Shown: piece by piece, positions 1-7,813 of the stretch | Layout of the letters: each line of letters starts with the position of its first letter | How positions within the stretch are numbered: position 1 is the stretch's first letter | Source: Escherichia phage vB_EcoM_G29 | Length of the DNA stretch: 64,000 bases | Sequence record: MK327940.1 | Direction: 5' to 3' (one strand) | Program-made: the position numbers and the translations under genes | The notes under the pieces: generated by a model | Seen by the model: the letters and a program-made list of their open reading frames with translations, nothing else | The model's database searches: none | Told to the model about the DNA's origin: nothing

Positions 1-371
1 ATTAAAATTTTTTCATCAAGTCGTTGTTGACTCAATTTAATAGCTGATTTGCATGGATTATAATCATTTTTCCATTCTACTGGAATATCGCTGATGTCAG
101 GAACTTCAGTATCTTTTATACTGAACCCGCGTTTTAAGCATTCCGTTATAATGTCCGATTGACGCTTTCGCAAAAATTCTAACTTATCGTAAAAGAAAGT
201 AACATGACCAGAACCTAAAATAAATTTAGAAGATATTTTAAAATCTTTAACGCGCTTACCGTTTGCCACATGCTTACGAACTATACCAAAAACGCGTGGC
301 AATTCACGGTATTCTGCGATTAAATGTTGATCAGCAAGTTCAGATACTAAAGTCAAATTAATACGAGTCAT
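1..371 (-). CDS. denV: endonuclease V (pyrimidine-dimer DNA glycosylase); C-terminal end cut by window edge
   Basis: Hand translation from ATG at 371 gives [29 protein letters not shown]..., matching my memory of the T4 DenV N-terminus; ORF runs off position 1. Confidence 0.8.
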   Translation of the reverse strand, partial: MTRINLTLVSELADQHLIAEYRELPRVFGIVRKHVANGKRVKDFKISSKFILGSGHVTFFYDKLEFLRKRQSDIITECLKRGFSIKDTEVPDISDIPVEWKNDYNPCKSAIKLSQQRLDEKIL

Positions 372-430
372 TTTATCCCTCCAAGTAACTGTGAATATAC
401 TATCACAATTCTAGGAGAAAGTAAACCACT

Positions 431-961
<531 letters not shown>

Positions 962-1417
962 TTAAAAGAGGCTGTTCATTATTCGGTAAAGTGAAGGACC
1001 CATCACATATTGCCACTGAGTACGAGGAATAAGAGCAAAAGCATCCATCTCTGGAATCATAACGCCATCTTTATTTTCAAAATAAGACTCACAACGGCAA
1101 TTTCTGAACATCTCATGCTCTACTGGAATCGTATAATAAAATAACTGTAAGTCTTTATTACTAGAATATTTAAATACACCTAGGTCTTCTAGAAGGTCTG
1201 GATTATAATTGTTAAAACCAGTCTCTTCTGAGCATTCTCTTCGTGCTGCATCTAATGCGCTTAAATCAGAATTTTCTACACGCCCCTTTGGAATATCCCA
1301 GCGATGTGCCATCATTCCAGGCTTACGAGAACCAGTAACTCGTCCCATAAATAAATCTTTATCTTCTGTCATAAAGATAATACCAGCTGATAGTGTTTTC
1401 ATTTTAATTTCCTGCAT
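962..1417 (-). CDS. nudE: Nudix hydrolase
   Basis: 151 aa with Nudix box GRVENSDLSALDAARRECSEETG; position next to e as in T4; a second in-frame ATG at 1402 preceded by AGGAAA may be the true start. Confidence 0.85.
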   Translation of the reverse strand: MQEIKMKTLSAGIIFMTEDKDLFMGRVTGSRKPGMMAHRWDIPKGRVENSDLSALDAARRECSEETGFNNYNPDLLEDLGVFKYSSNKDLQLFYYTIPVEHEMFRNCRCESYFENKDGVMIPEMDAFALIPRTQWQYVMGPSLYRIMNSLF

Positions 1418-1887
1418 TCAGTGATAAAATTATTTAAATTTTGAGTATATTTCTTTTCATCAAAAATCTTTTGCTGCCTACGTAACCGCCATGGCATTTC
1501 AATGAACACGCACCATATTCCTGATAGTACTGCTGCTGTAAAAATATTAACAAGTATAATTAAAAGAATCCAATCTTCCGTTCTGCCTACTGGACTTTCT
1601 CCAAAGAAGCAAAATACAAATGATGTCACAGGAAAACTAATAATATACCACAGAATAACCTTCTTATCTGTGAACCAATCAGCGTTCGTTAACTTAGCAC
1701 GACCATTTTGAATACACACGAATTTATCATCTGTTACAGTAGATGGCTTAACTGCTTGATATCCCATTCTAAACTCCCTAATTAATCGTTTCTTTGTATC
1801 TTCAGAACAGCCGCTCCAGTCAACTCTATCGACTGAAATGCCATCGTCCCCATCATCTAAATCATACCAGAGAGTTTTTAAAATCAT
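1399..1887 (-). CDS. hypothetical protein, C-terminal transmembrane segments (e.2-e.8-like region)
   Basis: 162 aa track ORF; hydrophobic stretches; start overlaps the upstream stop as ATGA. Confidence 0.6.
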   Translation of the reverse strand: MILKTLWYDLDDGDDGISVDRVDWSGCSEDTKKRLIREFRMGYQAVKPSTVTDDKFVCIQNGRAKLTNADWFTDKKVILWYIISFPVTSFVFCFFGESPVGRTEDWILLIILVNIFTAAVLSGIWCVFIEMPWRLRRQQKIFDEKKYTQNLNNFITECRKLK

Positions 1888-2258
1888 TTGATTTTCCTAC
1901 AATCATTCACGAATTCTTTCATTGATTCATTTTCAATATAAGACATGTAGTTATTATATTCTTTTAATTGTATTTTGTAATCCTTTTTTCTTTGCCAATT
2001 TATTTTAAAATTATCATAATGAAAATATAAAATGATACTAAAGAATGAAAATAATGAAATTGCTATAGTATAATGAAGTTCACTCCAAACTTCTATTATA
2101 TCTACTATACCGCTGACGTTACTGCGGATGTTTAAAATAATACAGTCAATCATTAATCCAATAAGACTACCAGCAAGAGCTGCAGCCAACGCCACAGCAA
2201 AAATTAAAAATGACTCAGAAAAAGAATATTTGACTTTATTTAGTTTTGGCTTTTGCAT
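1884..2258 (-). CDS. hypothetical small membrane protein
   Basis: 124 aa track ORF with long hydrophobic segments; translationally coupled to neighbours. Confidence 0.6.
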   Translation of the reverse strand: MQKPKLNKVKYSFSESFLIFAVALAAALAGSLIGLMIDCIILNIRSNVSGIVDIIEVWSELHYTIAISLFSFFSIILYFHYDNFKINWQRKKDYKIQLKEYNNYMSYIENESMKEFVNDCRKIK

Positions 2259-2632
2259 CGTGATTCCTTAACAAATTTCATAATTTCATTAAATTCATAC
2301 ATATTTAGTTTAAGCTGGTGTTCCTTTTTGATCTTTTTACACTGAGCTTTCCATTCACGTACACGTTTACGATAATGCCTTCCTTGATACCAATATCCTA
2401 CCCAATTTACAGGTACCAATAAAAATGGAACTACTAATGGAAGAATTAATACTAACAAAAATATTACGCCAGATTCAATATCAGTCATAAAGTCTATAAC
2501 CATTCCAACAATCAATAGAATTACAAATGATATAGCTGTCACAGGACCTATTAATACATCAGTAGGAATTAGCTGGCGCTTTAATTCATACTTCAACGGT
2601 TTACTTGGAAGGTATAGTGATGGTTTTGACAT
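2240..2632 (-). CDS. hypothetical small membrane protein
   Basis: Track ORF 2240..2653 begins at a non-ATG codon; I prefer the ATG at 2632 (MSKPSLYL...) preceded by AGGAA. Confidence 0.55.
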   Translation of the reverse strand: MSKPSLYLPSKPLKYELKRQLIPTDVLIGPVTAISFVILLIVGMVIDFMTDIESGVIFLLVLILPLVVPFLLVPVNWVGYWYQGRHYRKRVREWKAQCKKIKKEHQLKLNMYEFNEIMKFVKESRCKSQN

Positions 2633-3209
2633 ATTCTCTACATTCCTTAACAAATTTTTCTAGTAATAAATCGCTTTCAAAATTGGGATTTTCTACGAAT
2701 TTATCAAAAAGATCATCAACAATAGTTAAGATATTCTTTTTACTAAGAATACGTTTATTTTCATGCTTCGTTTCAGAATCAACTATAAGAGTAAAGAAAT
2801 ATTTCTTGCCCTGAAATTTTACAGTAGTATCAATATAAAATAAATTTGACTTTTGTAAATTACGTTTAAACCATGCGTCACTTAAACTATAAACACCGAG
2901 ATAATCAAAATCGTCGTTTAAATAACAAACTGACCATTCAGGAGAAATGAAATCAGTAAATTCAACATCAAAATCACATGTCAATGAATGAATTGATTCA
3001 ATACTGTTAATAAGTATTCCAGGACGTATTAAAGACTTTTTACCTCTAGAAAATCTTCCAGAAAGACTTTCATCAGTTTCATATGAAGAACCCCAATAAT
3101 AATTACGTCCTTCTGCCATACGTTTAAGAGCATTTAATAATTGGTCTGGAACATCAACTTGTCTTTGGAATTCTTCAAACATTGAATTGAAATCACTTTG
3201 CATTTTCAT
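2601..3209 (-). CDS. hypothetical protein
   Basis: 202 aa track ORF with ATG start and GGAG upstream. Confidence 0.6.
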   Translation of the reverse strand: MKMQSDFNSMFEEFQRQVDVPDQLLNALKRMAEGRNYYWGSSYETDESLSGRFSRGKKSLIRPGILINSIESIHSLTCDFDVEFTDFISPEWSVCYLNDDFDYLGVYSLSDAWFKRNLQKSNLFYIDTTVKFQGKKYFFTLIVDSETKHENKRILSKKNILTIVDDLFDKFVENPNFESDLLLEKFVKECREYVKTITIPSK

Positions 3210-3229
3210 TCCTATTTACTCCAAGTAAT

Positions 3230-3245
3230 AGGGGCCGAAGCCCCT
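3230..3245 (-). other. GC-rich UUCG-tetraloop hairpin immediately after a stop codon
   Basis: aggggccgaagcccct; 19-nt identical copy at 44298-44316 downstream of hoc; no U-run. Confidence 0.6.
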
Positions 3246-3250
3246 TATCA

Positions 3251-3844
3251 TTATTTCAGAGAATTAATATATTCCTGAACATCGGCAGAGGTAGTTTCAA
3301 CCCCAGAAATATTACCATTAAAGGTTTCAACTCGAGCAAGAGTATCTTCAATATCAACCTTAGTCAGTGCTGCAATTTCAACTACATCATCGGCAGTACT
3401 AATTCCGAGGGCATTCGCGGCGCGAGTTTCACGGATATATTCCAATTTAACTGCAAGTTCTTGGCGAGCATCATCTAACTCAACTACTTTCTTGGCGATT
3501 TCAATTCGCATTTCAGCATAACCATCAGCTTTAGTAGTCAACTGCTCAGCTGTTCGACGATATAGTAAACCAAGTTTAGCATGCATTGTTACATCTTGAC
3601 CTTCCGAAAGAAGCTTGCGAATTTCACGCTCTTTTGATTCGGCCTGCTTATTCTTTTCGACAATAAGTTCACGAATACGCTTTTCTTCATTAATAGATTT
3701 AACAGAAGCAGTTTTTAGATCTTTAATCTTATCAAGTAGTTTTGCTGCTGCAGCAGTATACTGTTCTTCAACAGATAGATTTTTAGCCATAGCAGAACCA
3801 AGTTTAGTGCGAATAAACTCAACAATTTTCTTCAGTGTGTTCAT
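3251..3844 (-). CDS. coiled-coil protein, possibly PspA/IM30-like
   Basis: 197 aa; long charged heptad-like stretches; resemblance to PspA judged by eye only; own early-type promoter upstream. Confidence 0.55.
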
Positions 3845-3871
3845 AGTATTTCCTTAGGTTGGTATAATTAG

Positions 3872-3899
3872 ATAATATCACGTTTTAATAGATTGTAAA
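3872..3899 (-). promoter_or_regulatory. early sigma70-type promoter for the 3251..3844 gene
   Basis: Minus strand: GTTTACA, 16 bp, TGaTATTAT. Confidence 0.55.
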
Positions 3900-3900
3900 C

Positions 3901-4236
3901 TTATTCTTCGTCTAGCTCGTCGATAAAGACGTTGATGGCCTCGATAACGGCATCATTGATAGCTAATAAAATAAAATCATCGTCAGTACCTTTAGAAGAT
4001 TCTAAAGCATTGATATATGCTTGGTTGGCGAGTTCCCAAGCCTTTTTAAAATAAGGAGCTTCATCATCAGGACAAATATCCCGCACGCCTTCAAAGATAC
4101 GTTTGGCATAATCTAACACCCATTGTACAGGCATGTTTTGAGAACGTTCGTTAAACTCTTTAAAGTCCTTAGATTCAAAAAGCTCTTTAGGATAATTATT
4201 TCTATTACAAAAAGCTTTACTAAAGTTACGTTTCAT
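3901..4236 (-). CDS. hypothetical protein
   Basis: 111 aa track ORF; early promoter with inverted repeat immediately upstream (4255-4292). Confidence 0.6.
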   Translation of the reverse strand: MKRNFSKAFCNRNNYPKELFESKDFKEFNERSQNMPVQWVLDYAKRIFEGVRDICPDDEAPYFKKAWELANQAYINALESSKGTDDDFILLAINDAVIEAINVFIDELDEE

Positions 4237-4254
4237 AATGTTTTCCTCATTTGT

Positions 4255-4292
4255 ATAGGCTCATAATATCTCAATCATGAGCCTATGTAAAC
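4255..4292 (-). promoter_or_regulatory. early promoter with inverted repeat bracketing the -10
   Basis: Minus strand: TTTACA (4287-4292), 17 bp, TATTAT (4264-4269); inverted repeat ataggctcat/atgagcctat at 4255-4264 and 4277-4286. Confidence 0.6.
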
Positions 4293-4556
4293 TTATTTCA
4301 TATTATTGAAATATTCTTCTGCGATTTCGTCGTTATCATGGTAAACTTTAGAAGACAGTTTAACATAACCTTCTGCTGTGAACATATTAATCACAACTTT
4401 TACAGTATACCACTGACCGTCTTCATTACCCATTACTGCGTAAGTTTCAAACATCGGATGATCAGGACCGATAACTTTAATATCATTCACTGTACGACCG
4501 AAATCTTCTGAAACGCATTTCATAAAGAAGTTGAACAGTTCGCCGTAATTATCCAT
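4293..4556 (-). CDS. hypothetical protein
   Basis: Track ORF 4293..4676 shortened to the ATG at 4556 (MDNYGELF...) because 4557-4676 holds a -35/-10 promoter and the GGAGA ribosome-binding site. Confidence 0.55.
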   Translation of the reverse strand: MDNYGELFNFFMKCVSEDFGRTVNDIKVIGPDHPMFETYAVMGNEDGQWYTVKVVINMFTAEGYVKLSSKVYHDNDEIAEEYFNNMK

Positions 4557-4599
4557 TTCATTCTCCAAGTTGTTTTCTGTATCAGTAGTTGATAGTTGT

Positions 4600-4650
4600 A
4601 TAGTACCATGGAAGAACAGAGATGTAAACAGTTTTGTGAAAAAATTTTTA
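4600..4650 (-). promoter_or_regulatory. early sigma70-type promoter for the 4293..4556 gene
   Basis: Minus strand: AT-rich upstream element, GTTTACA (4623-4629), 17 bp, TGgTACTAT (4600-4605). Confidence 0.6.
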
Positions 4651-4752
4651 GGGAATTCTAGGGCAGGGATGGGCAATTAAAGGATAGGATAATATATTAT
4701 AAAGGGTATAAACTAAATGATGCCTAGAGAGGTCCAGAAAGGCCTAGATACC

Positions 4753-4777
4753 AAAAAGCCCTATCATTTAGATAGGG
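4753..4777 (-). terminator. Rho-independent terminator
   Basis: Hairpin ccctatc/gataggg followed by U-run on minus strand, downstream of the 4786..5187 gene. Confidence 0.6.
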
Positions 4778-4785
4778 ATTTAAAA

Positions 4786-5187
4786 TTATTTACCTAGTTT
4801 ACTTATTATAGCTTCTGCAGCAGCTTTTAGCTTAGATGCAGTGTTAATACGATTTTTAATTTCAGTATACGCATCGCCAAGAACATCAAGGCTATCAGAA
4901 TAAACACTTACACTATTGCGTTCGCTATTTGAAATAGAACCTTTAGTTTTGCGGTCAAAATCGGTGTACACGTCTTGAAGATCGCGGGCTGCCTTCTTTG
5001 CATCATCCAATGCATCAAGAGCTTTATTCAAAGCATTAACGTATTTTTTAGTGTCGAACATATTCTTAGAAATTTTAACAGGTGCGCGTTCAGGAGTAGC
5101 TAACACAGATTTAGGAACCTGAGCGCCAGATGCCAATTTCTTAGAAATTTTGAAAAATGCTTTATTGAATTTATTTTCTTGACTCAT
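4786..5187 (-). CDS. hypothetical protein
   Basis: 133 aa track ORF; start overlaps stop of the small upstream ORF (ATGA); Rho-independent terminator downstream. Confidence 0.6.
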   Translation of the reverse strand: MSQENKFNKAFFKISKKLASGAQVPKSVLATPERAPVKISKNMFDTKKYVNALNKALDALDDAKKAARDLQDVYTDFDRKTKGSISNSERNSVSVYSDSLDVLGDAYTEIKNRINTASKLKAAAEAIISKLGK

Positions 5188-5348
5188 TGTAAAAGAACAT
5201 TATCGATGTTGTACATTTCAATAGCTTTAGCTTTCCACTTAAGAAAATCGCCGCGGTCTTTTGGGTCCAATTGGAAGAATACTTTAGTAAGATCTGCTTC
5301 AGATGGTAATTTTGCTGCTTCGGTTAAAAATTCGGCATAGGTTTTCAT
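5184..5348 (-). CDS. small protein with capsid-targeting-sequence-like N-terminus (internal-protein-like)
   Basis: Hand-translated 54 aa MKTYAEFLTEAAKLPSEADLTKVFFQLDPKDRGDFLKWKAKAIEMYNIDNVLLQ; below the 60-aa track cutoff; N-terminus matches the T4 internal-protein motif MKTYQEFIAE. Confidence 0.5.
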   Translation of the reverse strand: MKTYAEFLTEAAKLPSEADLTKVFFQLDPKDRGDFLKWKAKAIEMYNIDNVLLQ

Positions 5349-5438
5349 TTAAAATCCTTGAAATAATTTATCGGTTGGTTATTAATTATTTATTACTTTG
5401 TTACTATCCGTAACAGCGTTATCCGAGTGATTCAAACT

Positions 5439-5465
5439 AAAAAGCCCCAACCTTTCGGTCGGGGC
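5439..5465 (-). terminator. Rho-independent terminator (GC hairpin plus U-run on minus strand)
   Basis: gccccaacctttcggtcggggc hairpin preceded on the plus strand by an A-run; same 31-bp element recurs at 5996-6026. Confidence 0.7.
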
Positions 5466-5473
5466 TAAGAATG

Positions 5474-5947
5474 TCATTTGATTTGTTTAGCAGACCAAAT
5501 GCGGTCTTTAATAATTTTTTGGATGTCTTCAACATACTCAAGAGAGTGAACATGTGGATTATCTTTGAAACTATAAGCACGGGCTAACTTTTGGCCTTCG
5601 GTTTTGATTACTAAAAGCTCTTTAAGGATAGCTTCATATTTAGCGATAATTCCTTTAACGATATTTTTTTCTTGTGCCGCTTTAGGATCTGCTTTAGGAG
5701 CAGGTTTACCCGAAGCCTTTGCAAAAGCAGCGCCAGTAGCAACTAAACTTTTCCAGGCCATACTAACTGCATTTCCCGTAAATCCTTCCGCTTTCATGTC
5801 GCGTGCAAACTGGAATCGCGATTCATCAGAAGCATCTTTATAGGAATATTTACCCGCGGCAATGGCAGCTTTTGCAACAGCTTGAATTTCGGTGCTAGAT
5901 GCTTCATTTAACACCGCTTCATTTAAAAATTGAGTATATGATTTCAT
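5474..5947 (-). CDS. internal head protein-like (capsid-targeting-sequence N-terminus)
   Basis: Start moved to ATG 5947 (MKSYTQFLNEAV...); TATAAATA late promoter at 5986-5993 and terminator at 5996-6022 lie inside the longer track ORF. Confidence 0.65.
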   Translation of the reverse strand: MKSYTQFLNEAVLNEASSTEIQAVAKAAIAAGKYSYKDASDESRFQFARDMKAEGFTGNAVSMAWKSLVATGAAFAKASGKPAPKADPKAAQEKNIVKGIIAKYEAILKELLVIKTEGQKLARAYSFKDNPHVHSLEYVEDIQKIIKDRIWSAKQIK

Positions 5948-5985
5948 CTTATTTCCTGTTTTAATTTGTAGATTTAATATACTAA

Positions 5986-5993
5986 TATTTATA
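5986..5993 (-). promoter_or_regulatory. T4 late promoter upstream of the internal-protein-like gene
   Basis: Plus-strand tatttata equals minus-strand TATAAATA, about 40 nt upstream of ATG 5947. Confidence 0.7.
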
Positions 5994-5995
5994 CC

Positions 5996-6022
5996 AAAAA
6001 GCCCCAACCTTTCGGTCGGGGC
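5996..6022 (-). terminator. Rho-independent terminator, second copy of the same element
   Basis: Identical hairpin and A-run; sits between the stable-RNA/tRNA region and the late promoter of the internal-protein gene. Confidence 0.7.
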
Positions 6023-6039
6023 TAAGCCTTGCGGCAACC

Positions 6040-6330
6040 TTGTCGGGGTTCCACCTGCTAAGGCAAGTGTTTGTACGAAACGCCGGGATTCGAACCCGGT
6101 TATTAAGTAGTTGACGCTACTCAATATTTTAAAAGGCCATATCTCGACCATATCCGAACGTTCCGTCAAAAACGCTACTCGGCTTACGGCAAAGATATTT
6201 CCTCGAATCGATAATTCGGTGCGCCGTTTCTGCTGTGATAGTAAAGAGCCAGAACACAGTAAAACTGTGGGAGGAAACTATACTCCAGGGAACATCAGTC
6301 CGACGACTTACCGGTAGCGACCCGGTTTCT
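6040..6330 (-). ncRNA. candidate small stable RNA(s), by analogy to T4 species 1/2 (rnaC/rnaD)
   Basis: Non-coding gap downstream of the tRNA cluster on the same strand; contains a tRNA-like T-arm (ccgggattcgaacccgg) but no complete cloverleaf. Confidence 0.25.
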
Positions 6331-6680
6331 TAATATTCTTTTAAAGAATCAATATATTCACGGCGTTTACGCCACAAATCAATTGCTTCATACGCGGATT
6401 CAGCATTTCGAATTAGCCGGCATTTATGTAAAGACTTATGATTTTGATATTGTGTAGATAACGGAATTGTATCTAAAAGGTCTTTACGATCAAAATATTC
6501 GTAACCATCTAAACCAAATGAACGATTTTTGAGAAATTGCCAATGACCATATTCGTTTTCGACATAAACATAATCTGCATGCTGATAAAGCAAATTAATT
6601 ACACGTTCAGAAATAACAGTATCATTATGATTAAAATAGAATGTTAAATCATGAACTACTAAATAAACATTACCTTTCAT
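6330..6680 (-). CDS. hypothetical protein
   Basis: 116 aa track ORF with GAGGAAA ribosome-binding site, immediately downstream of tRNA-Arg. Confidence 0.55.
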   Translation of the reverse strand: MKGNVYLVVHDLTFYFNHNDTVISERVINLLYQHADYVYVENEYGHWQFLKNRSFGLDGYEYFDRKDLLDTIPLSTQYQNHKSLHKCRLIRNAESAYEAIDLWRKRREYIDSLKEY

Positions 6681-6698
6681 ATTTTCCTCACTTATAAT

Positions 6699-6774
6699 TG
6701 GTCGAGGCAGTAGGGATCGAACCTACGACCTAGGACTTAGAAGGTCCTTGCTCTTCCTTCTGAGCTATGCCCCG
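6699..6774 (-). tRNA. tRNA-Arg (anticodon UCU)
   Basis: Cloverleaf folded by hand; anticodon loop cuUCUaa; T-loop TTCGATC; encoded CCA. Confidence 0.85.
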
Positions 6775-6778
6775 TAAT

Positions 6779-6854
6779 TGGGGTGACCGATGGGAGTCGA
6801 ACCCATGACTACGAGAATCACAATCTCGAGTTCTACCAACTGAACTACGGCCAC
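6779..6854 (-). tRNA. tRNA-His (anticodon GUG)
   Basis: Hand fold; anticodon stem cgaga/tctcg, loop uuGUGau; discriminator C73; no encoded G-1. Confidence 0.75.
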
Positions 6855-6968
6855 ATTAATACCTACTCCAACAATCAAGATGTCTTCACACGAAATTAAG
6901 AGAAGAGTGATCAGTTCAACCCCTATAATCGCGTCAAGTAGATATTAATGTGACAGTTGTCACAAATT

Positions 6969-7043
6969 TGGCGGACGTGATAGGATTCGAACCTATAACC
7001 AATCGCTTAACAGGCGATCGCTCTGCCATTGAGCTACACATCC
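6969..7043 (-). tRNA. tRNA-Asn (anticodon GUU)
   Basis: Hand fold; anticodon stem atcgc/gcgat, loop cuGUUaa; encoded CCA. Confidence 0.8.
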
Positions 7044-7047
7044 AAAT

Positions 7048-7134
7048 TGGTGGGGAGTGGTGGAGTCGAACCACCCGAGTCGCAATGACAATGGATTTAC
7101 AGTCCACACCGCTACCTCTACGGGATAACTCCCC
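7048..7134 (-). tRNA. tRNA-Tyr (anticodon GUA), long variable arm
   Basis: Hand fold; 87 nt; anticodon loop cuGUAaa; encoded CCA. Confidence 0.75.
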
Positions 7135-7143
7135 AAATTAATT

Positions 7144-7218
7144 TGGTGGCCCTGGGTGGAATTGAACCACCATCTGGCGATTATGAGTCGCTTGCTTGAA
7201 CCTTCCAGCTACAGGGCC
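7144..7218 (-). tRNA. tRNA with CAU anticodon (elongator Met or lysidine-modified Ile)
   Basis: Hand fold; anticodon loop cuCAUaa; T-stem ggtgg/ccacc; position matches the T4 tRNA-Ile slot. Confidence 0.75.
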
Positions 7219-7219
7219 T

Positions 7220-7295
7220 TGGTGCTGATTGACGGAATCGAACCGCCGACCTTCTCATTACAAGTGAGTTGCTCTACCTACTGAGCTAAATCAGC
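7220..7295 (-). tRNA. tRNA-Thr (anticodon UGU)
   Basis: Hand fold; anticodon loop cuUGUaa; encoded CCA. Confidence 0.85.
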
Positions 7296-7300
7296 AAAAC

Positions 7301-7390
7301 TGGCGGAGGCGATAGGATTTGAACCTATGAGTCGCCGGAGCGACTGCCGGTTTTCAAGACCGGTGCATTAAACCACTCTGCCACGCCTCC
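7301..7390 (-). tRNA. tRNA-Ser (anticodon UGA), long variable arm
   Basis: Hand fold; 90 nt; anticodon stem ccggt/accgg, loop cuUGAaa. Confidence 0.85.
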
Positions 7391-7392
7391 AG

Positions 7393-7466
7393 TCTCCGTG
7401 GCAGGATTTGAACCTACGACATTCTGCTCCCAAAGCAGACGCTCTACCAAACTGAGCTACACGGAG
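7393..7466 (-). tRNA. tRNA-Pro (anticodon UGG), CCA not encoded
   Basis: Hand fold; anticodon loop uuUGGga; 3' end abuts the tRNA-Ser 5' end, as in the T4 Pro-Ser dimeric precursor. Confidence 0.85.
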
Positions 7467-7476
7467 TAAATTAAAT

Positions 7477-7550
<74 letters not shown>

Positions 7551-7555
7551 AAATT

Positions 7556-7642
7556 TGGTGCGAGAAGTGGGACTCGAACCCACAAGGAAATCATTCCGCA
7601 GCATTTTAAGTGCTGTGCCTTTACCAATTTGGCCATTCTCGC
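7556..7642 (-). tRNA. tRNA-Leu (anticodon UAA), long variable arm
   Basis: Hand fold; anticodon stem cagca/tgctg, loop cuUAAaa. Confidence 0.85.
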
Positions 7643-7643
7643 G

Positions 7644-7716
7644 CTGGGAATAAAGGACTCGAACCTTTGCATCCTGGAATCAAAATCCAGTGCCTTACCA
7701 ACTTGGCTAATTCCCA
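7644..7716 (-). tRNA. tRNA-Gln (anticodon UUG), CCA not encoded
   Basis: Hand fold; anticodon stem ctgga/tccag, loop uuUUGau; one nucleotide from the tRNA-Leu 5' end (Gln-Leu dimer). Confidence 0.85.
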
Positions 7717-7813
7717 ATTATTAACAAAGGCTCTTAAGCAAGAACCCTTGATGATAGAGGGTATTAATCAGTGCGATATGAGTTAATAATAACAAATAAT
7801 TCTTAAAGCATAT

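Noticed and set aside
4557-4676. N-terminal extension of the 4293..4676 track ORF
   Set aside because: The region contains the -35/-10 promoter and ribosome-binding site for the ATG at 4556.
5948-6169. N-terminal 74-codon extension of the 5474..6169 track ORF
   Set aside because: The extension spans a Rho-independent terminator and a TATAAATA late promoter; the ATG at 5947 gives a capsid-targeting-sequence N-terminus and is the credible start.
7717-7760. Possible MotA-box middle promoter (cTTGCTTa ... TAATAAT) upstream of tRNA-Gln
   Set aside because: The putative -10 directly abuts the tRNA-Gln 5' end, so the start site would fall inside the tRNA; spacing does not work.
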